Source: Azolla caroliniana (lineage: Eukaryota > Plantae > Polypodiophyta). From it: DNA of 64,000 nt. Below the pieces are notes generated by a model. It saw nothing but the letters and a program-made list of their open reading frames with translations, did not search any database and was not told the origin of the DNA. Location: the NCBI GenBank assembly GCA_043228905.1, contig JBHGNT010000004.1, forward strand, positions 18,166,001-18,230,000, given 5' to 3'. Of the stretch, positions 45,999-56,829 are shown piece by piece (position 1 is the first letter of the stretch; each line of letters begins with the position of its first letter). Made by a program: the position numbers and the translations under genes.

Positions 45999-48580
45999 AC
46001 TGTGTCGCGCCTTTCGGCTCCGGATCGTTGCGTGAGTCGGGTGGGAACCACAGAGGTCTTGGACTAGGAGAAAGAAGTTCGTGAGATAGAGATAAATTAT
46101 GAATAAATAGCGAAGAGAAAGATAAGAAACTCGTGAATCACACGAGTATACTATATTAATTGGTACTTAGGGTGTTAAGAGAGAAGTAGACGTATAAATC
46201 GTGAATCCCACGAATAATTTTTGTATTAATTAATACTTAATCCAAATAATCAACAACCCTTTACATATTTCTCTCCTCCTTATATACGGAAGGAAGAGCT
46301 AAGCATGGCTTCATGCTTTTTTTTATTTTTACAAAAAGTGTTCATGTCCACTAAATGTGCATGTGATGCTTTTTTATTTCCTAAGTATAGGGCTCATGCA
46401 CGCTAGATGTGCATGAGTTATTTTTAGTGTCTCGTCTTTTTCATATATTAAAAAAATACACGATTTACCTTTTAATAAAGGTATGCATAAATAAAGGTCT
46501 TATACATATTAAATCTATATTTAAAACACTTAAGATAATTTAATGTAATGGTAAGGTTGGGGTTTGTCAACGTGGAGGTGCAGAGTTCGAATCATGCCCC
46601 GCGCAGTAGTGAGTATTTCCTTTTTTTTACATTTATGTCTCTATGCCGTTTTTCCTCCTTGCCGGTATGCCGTTTTCTTCCTTGCCGGTATGCCGTTTTT
46701 CCTCCTTGCCGGTATGCCGTTTTTCCTCCGGTTCTCACCGAGCACTCCATTCTCTATCCGGAGGGACAAAAATATAATTTCCACATAGTGTGCAACCTAC
46801 ACTACGACAACGGATGCCCAATCGAATTAATAAGAGACCAAGGGGGACACTTTCTTGGCCAAGTAGTTGAAAGCCTGGCGACATTCTATGCCGTTGTCCA
46901 TAAACGGAGCACACCATACTATCCGCAAGCAAACGGGTTAGCTGAATCAACGAACAAAACGCTCCAGAATATCCTCCGGAAGATCGTCAATGAAAACCGA
47001 ACGGATTGGGATACCAAGCTACATAGCGCGCTTTGGGCATACCGGACAACATACAAAACGAGCATCCGGACAACACCATTCCGGTTAGCGTTCGGACTAG
47101 AGGCGGTCATGCCGATGGAATTCCAAGTACCAAGCTTACGGATCCAGCTACAGGAATGGCTGAACGAGAAGGAGTCGGAGGCAATACGGTTAACAGCGTT
47201 GTGTGAACTCGAGGAACAACGACTGGCAAGCATCCTGCACTTAGAATTGGAACAACGGCGACAGAAAGCATTTGTCGACCGGCACAGGAAAGGAAATGAA
47301 AAAATGTTCGCAATCGGCAAGCCGGTGTTAGTATTTCAGACCCGGATGGGCAAGATGTCGGGAAAACTACGGTTTAGATGGACCGGCCCGTATTGGCTGA
47401 CATGTGAGTATCATGGGTCCTACCAGTTAGGGACACTTGCCGGCGAAGTGCTAGGCAAATGGGTAAATGGATTCCGATTGAAGCCATATAGAGGACCGAT
47501 GCCTAAGAACCCATTTGAGCAAAGGACCGACATCAGTGAGGAAACGACAACCTGTGAGGGGAACGGCAACCACCAAGACGGAGGAGACGGCAAGCCAGTA
47601 ACAGGGGGGAAAGAGGCGACGGCAAACCGTAAGGAGGCCGGTAAGGGTCCGATAGGACCAACGGACAACTAACCTCACTCCACATTAAAATTTATCAAAA
47701 AAGAAAAAGAAAAAAACGAAGTAATCATGCAAAAGCGAGGTATGAATGGACGAAAGAGCGAGGAGCGAAAAGGTACGTAGTGGGCATTTAAGCGGCACCA
47801 CAGGACATAATGCTATTTTTAGTACACGACGTGCACACACTCAAAAAAGGCGCCAGAATGCACAGAGAAAAACCACTGCGCGTGGAGACCCTCTACTTTG
47901 ACGAACCTAGGAGCACAGAAGCACCAAGGCGCTACAAGATCATCAGACGAGAACCTACGCACAGAGAACCCCCGCCTTTGGAACTCTCTCTCTCTCTCAC
48001 TCTCGCTCTCATCACCAGCCAACCTTGCCACCACAATCCGACCTCGACACAGACATGGACCCACAAACGCTGTCGGAAGCCGCTAAGAAATGGCTAAAGC
48101 AACACGGGCTTGAGGGCTTCTTGACGATTATGGAGGTACCGCCACACAAAGAAGCCGACAAGGTGATCAAAGAAATCGACACAGAGGTCATAACGGCGGA
48201 GGCGATCCGAGCGTTAACAGGCCTTTCGGAGGGAGGCATACTCACAATTGACAATCCGACCTCGGAGCAACTCATCAAGTATTTTGGTGAGTACTCCCTA
48301 GCCAACAAGGGCTACCGGACACAGGGCGGCAGAGATATGTTGTTCCGCGAGATTGCTCGTGTGCTCCACGAATACGGCCATGTGTACCCTAGACCCCCTG
48401 TCATGCCGCAGAATCGGGCAGGGATGATCATCGCCACCTATGAAGGGATCAAGGTGGATTGGCCGGTATTGATTGCAGACGGTTTGTGTGCGGCGATCGA
48501 GATCGTCAGAGGCAAAGATGGCAAGGAAGGCCGAGACGGACGGAGGATATGGCACGCCGTAACGCAGTGGCTCACCTTGC

Positions 48581-51500
48581 TGTCGAATACAAGTGTATAA
48601 TGGACGTATTCACACTATCCCTTTTCTATAGATCAAGTCTGGGCCATTTGTGTAATTAGCATAAATGGTAGTTGCCCTAAGTCGGTCACTATATATAGTG
48701 ACCTTGTAACCTTTTTGTAAGGTTGGTTGTATTATTCTTTTCTATTGAATAAAGAGTCTTTTGTGCCTCTCTCTCTCCCTCTCTCTGTCTCTGTGCACGT
48801 TCTTGAAAACTGTCATACGCAGGTACTCAACCCCAATCGAATGCTGCTTGATCTTCCGCATCGACACGGCCTTTGTCCCCAACATCTGGTATCAGAGCCT
48901 GCACAGTATTCGGTCCTTCAACTCGCTGTCGGCCGTCGTCTCAGCCTGCGTCATTCGAAGAAGAGAGAAGAAGAAAAACGAGGCTTGCATCTCATCGCGT
49001 TAGATCATCTTCGCTTGGAGTAAGCCAGCCGGCTGTACTCTGTTCCCTGTGATCGTAACCGCTCGAGGTGAAGTCCCTTGGTGCAACATTGACACGATCG
49101 TGCTCCACTCGGTTAAACGGCATCCGAAGAGGTCATCAAACGCTGCGCGCCGCTCATTGTAACCACTCGGAGCAGATCGGTCTCAAGACAACAACCCCAA
49201 TTCGTGCTTCATCCGGCTGATCGACATTCGGGAGGATCAGTTGGATCCGTCTCTCTCGTCGCTGCAGTCACCCGAAGCAGAATCGGTCCAGACAATCGGT
49301 TTCAATAATCGGTATTTGGCATATATATTTGGAAGCGAACCGGGCTCACTCCGACTCGGCAACATTCGGGAAGACCAGTCGGTTCTGTCCCTCAAGTTAC
49401 CGGAGTCAATTCGAGCAAGTTCAACAATACATATATCTGAAGCCGAACCGACTCGGGTTCAAATCCGACTAGAACGATATCGGGTGAGCCAATCGGCTGC
49501 ACTCCAACGAGGTTCATAGTCGACTCCGAACCGAGCTTCGTCAACCGAAACCAAATTTGATGGCATCCACATCCGGCTCGTCAGAAATGAGTCTACGAAA
49601 GTTCGATGGATCGAACTTCAACTTCTGGAAGGAGCAAATGCAGGACTATCTCATAGTTAAGGGGCAAATCGATCCCATCGAAAATGAAGAACCTCCAGAA
49701 GGATACAAACCAATTGAGTGGCAGAAGCTGGACAGAATCGTCCGCGCCACGATTCGGATGCACCTATCGGAATCGGTATACTTTACGGTGCAATCGTGTA
49801 CGACAGCATTCGAACTGTGGAAAACACTGTCGGACACTTACGAAAAGAAGGTCGCCGCAACGAAGATGTTTCTGATCCGGCGCCTCTACAACTTGCGGAT
49901 GAAAGAATCCGATTCGGTTCAAGCACATCTCAATGAGTACGAAAGCATAAGCTCCCAAATCTCATCTCAGGGGACGGCAATCGAGGATGAACTCAGAGCA
50001 ATGATACTCATGAGCAGCCTTCCCTCATCATGGGAAACTTTCGTCACAACCGTGTGCAACGCGTCAACCACGGCTGTTAAATACTCCGAAGTCACGAGCG
50101 CAATCCTGACCGAAGCAGCTCGGAGAAAGTCTTTCGCCAAAGACTCAACAGACGACGCTTACGTAGTACAAGGTTCGACAGACCGATCGAACATACGAGG
50201 AAGAGATTCCTCACGGCAGCCGAACAATCAGCGAAGACGGAGCCAGTCACGGGATAATCGAATCTGCAACTATTGCAAGAAACCCGGACACATCAAAGCC
50301 GACTGCCGCGCACTCAAGAACAAGAACGACAAGTCTCAGAAATCAGACAAGAAGAGTGGCCGGCATGAGGAGATCAATTACGTCAGCTTCTCAGCTGATG
50401 TGCTACCAAACGACCCGAATATACTATCAATCGAAAATCCAGTCGGATCAGAAGTTCTGCTCACGACTGAAGAATCGAGCACATGGCTCTTAGATTCGGG
50501 CGCGTCATTTCACGTGACTCCTCATCGATCCCAATTTCGGCAATATACGATCCGTCACTCCGACTCAGTTCGAGTCGGCAACTCGCAACACTGTGACATC
50601 ATTGGAATCGGCACAGTAGAGCTCAACCTTGCAGGTGGCTCTACACTTGTACTTCGCAATGTCCGACATGTACCCGAGCTCTCAAGGCCATTGATCTCAG
50701 TCGGACAACTAGATGAAGACGGCATTCGTGCCGGTTTTTCTTCGGGAGGGTGGACACTCCACAGGGGGAACCTCCTGCTTGCTAGAGGACCCAAGATACA
50801 CTCACTGTATCCGTTACATGTTACGCTCAGAGAGGGTAACCTGTTTTTGGTGGATATTCCTGTGTCATCACTATGGCACAGACGATTAGGACACCTCAGC
50901 AAGGTCGGCATTACGCACCTATCTAGAGCCGGATACATCCCTAAACTCTCCTTCTCGGACCATCAATTCTGCGAACATTGCCAGTATGGCAAACAAGCAG
51001 CCGCATCACACCCGACATCAGCACCAAGAGAAACGAGACCTCTCGATTTAGTCCACTCGGACGTCTGTGGCCCAATGCCGCATCAGTCTCTCGGCGGTGC
51101 CTCTTACTTCGTCAGTTTTATTGACGATTCGACTCGAAAGGTGTGGGCTTATCCAATTCGCACCAAAGATCGTGTCTTCTCGATCTTCTCCGATTGGCTC
51201 GCTATGGTAGAAAATCAAACCGACCGAAAACTGAAATGCTTTCGGACCGACAATGGGGGAGAGTTCAAATCAGAAGAATTCGTCAAATTCTGCCGACAAC
51301 GCGGCATCCGACGTGAATTTACGGCACCACACAGTCCGGAGCAAAACGGGATTGCAGAACGAATGAATCGGACAATCCAAGAACGGATAGTTTCCATGCT
51401 CCAACACTCTGGACTGTCGGATGGCTTCTGGGCAGAGGCTCTACTCACGGCAGTACACATAATCAATATGTCGCCAAGCAGACCTCTAGGACTTCAAATT

Positions 51501-54088
51501 CCTCAGGAACTATGGATCGGCAGTAAGCCGAATTACGACAAGCTGAGGATCTTCGGATGCGAGGCATACGCCCTTATTCCGAAAGATGATCGCCAAAAAC
51601 TTGCACCTCGGTCCAGGAAATGCATTTTCCTTGGATATGGATCAGATGGCGAAATGGGATACCGACTCTGGGACCCCGAACGCAGACAAATCGTTCGAAG
51701 TTCGGACGTTGTGTTCAACGAGTCGGCTATGAATCCATCAGTCGAAAAACCGATCGAAGTCCGAAGGGTAACATTTTCCGATGTGCCGACCCTTCAAGAA
51801 GGCCCCGCTCTTAACACACGGTCAGCTTCACGGGTAGCTGAACCTTACACTACCGACTCGGACAACTCTGACTCGGCACAGCCGAATGATTCGCTTTCGG
51901 ACCATCCGACCTCGATACCCGATGCGACCAGTCCAATCATTCCTCGACGATCCGAGAGACTGTCGCAACCTCCGGAGAGGTATTCTCCTGGAATTTTCTT
52001 CACCGACGCCGGCGAACCGACGTCTTACGAAGAAGCATCGACATCTGTCGACTCAGCCACCTGGCATCTGGCGATGGAGTCGGAAATGCACTCCATTCGG
52101 GCAAACAAGACTTGGGATCTAGTCGAACTACCTAAGAATCGACGTGCTCTTCCTTGCAAGTGGGTTTATCGACTAAAAGAGACGTCTGATTCGACCACCC
52201 CAAAGTACAAGGCCAGATTAGTTGCGAAGGGCTTCCGACAAGAATATGGCGTCGACTTCGACGAGATTTTTTCACCAGTGGTGAAAATGACAACCCTTCG
52301 TTTTCTACTCGGCGTAGTGGCAGCCGACAACCTGGAGCTGATTCAGCTAGATGTCAAAACAGCCTTCCTCCATGGTGATCTTGAAGAGGAAATTTATATG
52401 GAGCAGCCAAAAGGCTTCCTGGCAACTGGCCAAGAACATCTAGTCTGCCGACTCAGGAAGAGTCTATACGGCCTCAAACAGGCACCGCGACAATGGTACA
52501 AGAAGTTCGACGACTTCATCCAATCGATCGGCTTCTCAAAAAGCGATGAGGACCATTGTCTTTTTACCAACACAGCTCAAGATGGATCACCCATCTTCCT
52601 CATCATTTACGTGGACGACATGCTAATTTCTGGACGCCACGCGGGCGAACTTGCCGATCTCATTCGGCAACTGCGGTTGAAGTTTGCCATGAAGGACCTC
52701 GGTCCGGCACGACACATACTTGGCATGAAGATTAGTCGGCATCGCGATAAACGACATCTTTTTTTGTCTCAGACCGACTATATCGGACGTGTCTTGGAAC
52801 GCTTCAACATGCAATCAGCCAAATCTGCTTCAACCCCGCTCCCCATGAATCTTCGGCTCTCTCAGCGAGACTGCCCGACATCCGGTCCGGAGGGGGAAGA
52901 TATGAAGTCGGTACCATATGCACCGGCAGTCGGCTCCCTTATGTACCTGATGGTCGCGACACGGCCTGATATTTCTCATGCCGTAGGAGTCGTTAGCAGA
53001 TTTATGCACAATCCTGGCCGATCGCATTGGAACGCAGTCAAGCATGTGTTCAAATATCTGGCTGGCACAAAAGACCACGGCATTCTTTTCGGCCCGAACT
53101 CAACCTCAGGCGTAGTCGGTTACACCGACTCAGACTTCGCCGACTGCATAGACAGTCAGAAATCAACAACTGGATACTGCTTCAAATTCGGCAATGGAGC
53201 AATTTCGTGGAAGTCGAAACTTCAGGAGTGCACAGCGACCTCAACGACCGAAGCAGAATATGTAGCTGCGTCCGACGCTACAAAAGAAGCTTTGTGGCTC
53301 GGCCGGCTGGCGCACACGTTCCGACAAGTCGACCATGACTCGGCCCCAGTTGTCTATAGCGACAGTCAAGGTGCTGTTGCCTTGTCGAGAAATCCGGTTC
53401 ACCACAACGCCTCCAAACATATCGACGTTCGATATCACTTCGTTCGGGACTGCGTCATTTCAGGGAAAATCGGTCTAGAGAAAATATCCACAACCGACAA
53501 TGTCGCAGATGGAATGACCAAGTGTCTTTCGGCAGACCGCTTTCGGTCCCTTCGGCATCAGATGGGCGTAACGACAAACCAGTCCGGTTAGAGCCGGACA
53601 CAGCGCAGGATGGTTTCCGACAACCGACATCAGTTCCTTAACGATCGGCTTCAACTCTTCCGACCCGACCAGTCCGGTCTTCTGCCTTCGGACCCTGCCG
53701 ACTCGAACAAAACTGATATGTCCGAGAACCTAGGTTTATACCTGTAATCTTAGATAACCCATGTATACGCCCATTATGGGGGAGTGTCGAATACAAGTGT
53801 ATAATGGACGTATTCACACTATCCCTTTTCTATAGATCAAGTCTGGGCCATTTGTGTAATTAGCATAAATGGTAGTTGCCCTAAGTCGGTCACTATATAT
53901 AGTGACCTTGTAACCTTTTTGTAAGGTTGGTTGTATTATTCTTTTCTATTGAATAAAGAGTCTTTTGTGCCTCTCTCTCTCCCTCTCTCTGTCTCTGTGC
54001 ACGTTCTTGAAAACTGTCATACGCAGGTACTCAACCCCAATCGAATGCTGCTTGATCTTCCGCATCGACACGGCCTTTGTCCCCAACA
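48581..54088 (+). mobile_element. Intact Ty1/copia 'Copia-E' (Tnt1/Tork-like); 304-bp LTRs 48581-48884 and 53785-54088
   Basis: TSD CTTGC; LTRs identical by eye; iMet PBS TGGTATCAGAGC at 48887-48898; PPT 53776-53784. Confidence 0.97.
49560..53591 (+). CDS. Intact copia gag-pol polyprotein (1343 aa)
   Basis: CNYCKKPGHIKADC; WLLDSGAS; WHRRLGH...CEHC; VHSDVCGP/RTDNGGE/AERMN; YVDDML; KHIDVRYHFVR. Confidence 0.97.
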   Translation: MASTSGSSEMSLRKFDGSNFNFWKEQMQDYLIVKGQIDPIENEEPPEGYKPIEWQKLDRIVRATIRMHLSESVYFTVQSCTTAFELWKTLSDTYEKKVAATKMFLIRRLYNLRMKESDSVQAHLNEYESISSQISSQGTAIEDELRAMILMSSLPSSWETFVTTVCNASTTAVKYSEVTSAILTEAARRKSFAKDSTDDAYVVQGSTDRSNIRGRDSSRQPNNQRRRSQSRDNRICNYCKKPGHIKADCRALKNKNDKSQKSDKKSGRHEEINYVSFSADVLPNDPNILSIENPVGSEVLLTTEESSTWLLDSGASFHVTPHRSQFRQYTIRHSDSVRVGNSQHCDIIGIGTVELNLAGGSTLVLRNVRHVPELSRPLISVGQLDEDGIRAGFSSGGWTLHRGNLLLARGPKIHSLYPLHVTLREGNLFLVDIPVSSLWHRRLGHLSKVGITHLSRAGYIPKLSFSDHQFCEHCQYGKQAAASHPTSAPRETRPLDLVHSDVCGPMPHQSLGGASYFVSFIDDSTRKVWAYPIRTKDRVFSIFSDWLAMVENQTDRKLKCFRTDNGGEFKSEEFVKFCRQRGIRREFTAPHSPEQNGIAERMNRTIQERIVSMLQHSGLSDGFWAEALLTAVHIINMSPSRPLGLQIPQELWIGSKPNYDKLRIFGCEAYALIPKDDRQKLAPRSRKCIFLGYGSDGEMGYRLWDPERRQIVRSSDVVFNESAMNPSVEKPIEVRRVTFSDVPTLQEGPALNTRSASRVAEPYTTDSDNSDSAQPNDSLSDHPTSIPDATSPIIPRRSERLSQPPERYSPGIFFTDAGEPTSYEEASTSVDSATWHLAMESEMHSIRANKTWDLVELPKNRRALPCKWVYRLKETSDSTTPKYKARLVAKGFRQEYGVDFDEIFSPVVKMTTLRFLLGVVAADNLELIQLDVKTAFLHGDLEEEIYMEQPKGFLATGQEHLVCRLRKSLYGLKQAPRQWYKKFDDFIQSIGFSKSDEDHCLFTNTAQDGSPIFLIIYVDDMLISGRHAGELADLIRQLRLKFAMKDLGPARHILGMKISRHRDKRHLFLSQTDYIGRVLERFNMQSAKSASTPLPMNLRLSQRDCPTSGPEGEDMKSVPYAPAVGSLMYLMVATRPDISHAVGVVSRFMHNPGRSHWNAVKHVFKYLAGTKDHGILFGPNSTSGVVGYTDSDFADCIDSQKSTTGYCFKFGNGAISWKSKLQECTATSTTEAEYVAASDATKEALWLGRLAHTFRQVDHDSAPVVYSDSQGAVALSRNPVHHNASKHIDVRYHFVRDCVISGKIGLEKISTTDNVADGMTKCLSADRFRSLRHQMGVTTNQSG

Positions 54089-55544
54089 CTTGCTTGTGCC
54101 ACCCGTCCAGCCCGTCCAGCCCAAGAAGCTGGGAAGAGTGGCGGATGGCACCCCAAAGACGGCTTCCAAAAGACAACAATTGTTGGCCTCTAAGGCCACT
54201 AAGGGGAAGGCAGCAGACGCAGAACATGCGGGAAAGAAGAGCGCCAACCGGAAGCGGCCAACGGATGCGCAAGAGGAACCACCGGTACGGCCCGTAAAGG
54301 TTACACTCCGCCGACCGGTGAATAAAGAAACGGACCCCTTGGCGGCAAAACTCAATGCCGGGACTCAGGAAGAAGAAATAGAGGAGGAGCCTACGGAGCA
54401 CCTCCAGCGACGGTCGTCGGCAAGGACCGTTGAGGCAGCCGGGAAACTTTCGGACCCTCAGACGGAGGGAACACCGGCTCCCCATACTGAGACTCCCATG
54501 CCAAGGGAGGAACCGGAACCGGTGCGCACGACACCGGAATCAGAAGCCCCTGCACCACCGGCAACAACGGCAAGCCCCATCCCGCCAAAGCCGGAAAGGT
54601 CAATGCAGCCTCGCTCAGCCAACCAAGAAGAAGCGCAAGGGGAACCAAGACAACAGGGTGGTCCACGGGCTAAAACGGACTTGCAACTCGGCGCAATCAG
54701 GCGGTACCACCCATCTACAAGCGAGCCCATCTGTCAAACCTCCGTGCAAGCACAACAATGCGCCGGTAGCCTGTGGCTCCGGTGGATAGGCGAACAGATT
54801 GCCGGAGCAGTGGGGTATATTGAGGCGGAAGAAAGAGCGCAAAGCGAACGGTTGCTCGTCACAACCGAACAACTAGAGACAGCCCGATCTAGAATCCGGT
54901 GCCTTGAAAAAGACTTGGATTAGGTCACGGTAGAGATGGCCAAAATGGCCTTAACGGCAACACAGATCCAATCACCGGTGACTCCGGTAAGTGTACAGAA
55001 TAAAGAAACAGATCAACCTATACATACCAATAAAACCCCGGCAATGGAAACCGTTCCAGAGAGAGATGCGGCGCAAGCCCAGGAGCTTGCGGAATTGAGA
55101 GATGAACTTGCTGCACAAGAAGCTCTAAGGAGCCGAGAACAGGAATTGAAGACAGCGGCTGAATCAGAATTAAAGAAGACTGCTGAGAACCTCCGCCAGG
55201 CAGAGGAGAGCCTCCGGAAAGGCCATCAAGCGTACGACCGGCTAAGGGAGGAAAAAGACAAAGTGTTGCAGGAAAAGGACAACCTGCGGAAGACGGCGGA
55301 AACGAAAATTGAACGGCTAAAGGAAGAGCTCCGCCAGCAAAAGGACCGCGACGACCGAGCCCGTCGACAGATCAACGCACGGCTCAAGCAAAAGACAGAT
55401 GATTTTGAGCACCTGCACCGGGACTACAAACGGCTGGAAACGGAGCATAAGGAACGGATGGCCGAGCTCCAACAGGAAGTTGATCGGGCTGCGATGGCGA
55501 TCGCCGACGAACGTGCGGAAAATACAAGACGGTTGGACCCATGA

Positions 55545-56271
55545 CGAAGTTTGTAAGTCGACAGAACGAGAATGTTTGTGTCGTGGAAGATTTGCTGACC
55601 AACAAAGATGTTCGAGTCAAGCACTCCGATCGAGGGAGTCGATCGTTGAAAGGACCGATGGAAGTTCCGGTCGAAGAAATATCATCATCAAGGCATGTGG
55701 GATCGACGTGCAAGGCACTCTCCCACGGGCGTGCCATATTGTGTTACCCTGTACAAGATGTACGGAGAGTCAATGTGATGAGCGAGGGTCAAATGTTATC
55801 ATGATGATTGTTGTGTGTGTGTGTAGGGGGCATAAATGTAATTGTGAGTCGATACGTATGTGAACACATGCACACGTGTGTGCATGTGGATGGATACGAG
55901 GAGGTGTGAGTGAGTGTCCAGTATGAATGCTCAATGGGGCTTACATCCCTATGTATCTACCCCCTCTTGTACTATTTAACCCCTTATGGGGAATGAATGA
56001 AACATGAATGATCATTTTTCTCTCTCAATCTCTCTCTCTCTTGTCATCTCTCTTTCTCTCTCTCTCTTCCCCTCAACGTTGAATCCCCTTGGGAGGGGGG
56101 TGGAGCCATTCTAGGCACCACCCCCCACCCCGCAATGCTTCTCAATGCTTGTCAACATTTTCATCATTTCTCTTGCCATCATACTCTCCATTATCTTCAC
56201 TATTACATCATGTCTATCTTCGTCATCGATAACCATCATTACCATTAAGCCTAACCCTAAAACGTACAACA
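55545..56271 (+). mobile_element. Orphan LTR-like segment forming the right end of the 22-kb insertion
   Basis: Ends TACAACA at the TSD; TATA-like CTATTTAA followed by a CT tract; possible PPT AGGGGGC before TGTAAT at 55837; no visible match to LTR 34141-34578. Confidence 0.55.
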
Positions 56272-56781
56272 TTTAACTCCAGTAGGAGTTGGAGTTTTCG
56301 TGCAACCGTGTTGGCTGCAAAAATCTTCTTGAGATTGCCCCAAGCTTCTTTTGGCATTTTTGCCTCTCGAATATAGCCGCACATGTGATCATGAACACAT
56401 GATGCAAGGCAATACAACACACGACCGACCGCTTGCTCCCATGCTGGGTAGTCGACATGTGTTGGGTTGGGTTGGTTTTCGTGAGCTCCTTCGATATAGC
56501 TCCAATAACCTTGTCCGACAAGGTATTGATGCATCTTGTATTCCCAAGATGCAAAAGTTTGTCCTATCGAGCTTCTCTATAGGAAGAGCGCTTCCCATGT
56601 GAGTGTTCATGGTGTCGTTTTCTTCTCTGTTGTTGAACCGATTCTGTTGATCATCGGTGTGTAGCACAACACAGTTGAACGAGTTTGATCAAACCACCAC
56701 ACACTCCAATACCATGTAAAGAAATGGGTGACATAGGTGATGCTGTGCAACGGAAGTGAACTGTGTGTGAGTACGTAAGAC

Positions 56782-56829
<48 letters not shown>

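Larger units (their letters stand above)
39594..46809 (-). mobile_element. Young Ty3/gypsy 'Gypsy-3' (non-chromovirus, possibly Phygy/Selgy-like); LTRs 39594-40376 and 46003-46809
   Basis: 4-bp TSD ACGG; by eye the LTRs differ by one SNP and one 24-bp repeat unit; PBS 45981-45998; PPT 40377-40390. Confidence 0.95.
34632..47672 (+). pseudogene. Gypsy-2 gag-pol with many stops, split in the integrase by Gypsy-3
   Basis: Colinear with and highly similar to the Gypsy-1 polyprotein; WCRYG|CPIELI rejoins across 39594-46809. Confidence 0.93.
48055..55544 (+). pseudogene. Gypsy-2 accessory ORF (about 659 codons reconstructed: 48055-48580 plus 54094-55544), interrupted by Copia-E and one TAG
   Basis: Removing Copia-E and one TSD copy gives in-frame QWLTLL|VPPVQ; the TAG at 54921-54923 is in frame with ORF 54936-55544; homologous to the ORF at 1-1034. 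Confidence 0.85.
34141..56271 (+). mobile_element. Composite insertion: Athila-like 'Gypsy-2' (5' LTR 34141-34578, gag-pol, accessory ORF) ending in an unrelated LTR-like segment
   Basis: TSD TTTAA (34136-34140, 56272-56276); begins TGTTA and ends CAACA; PBS 34586-34596. Confidence 0.85.

Noticed and set aside
46548-47672. 374-aa ORF as a novel gene
   Set aside because: Chance in-frame fusion of antisense Gypsy-3 LTR sequence to the Gypsy-2 integrase C-terminal half
53931-54093. N-terminus of the 330-aa ORF
   Set aside because: Derived from the Copia-E 3' LTR with a TTG start; only the part after 54093 belongs to the accessory ORF
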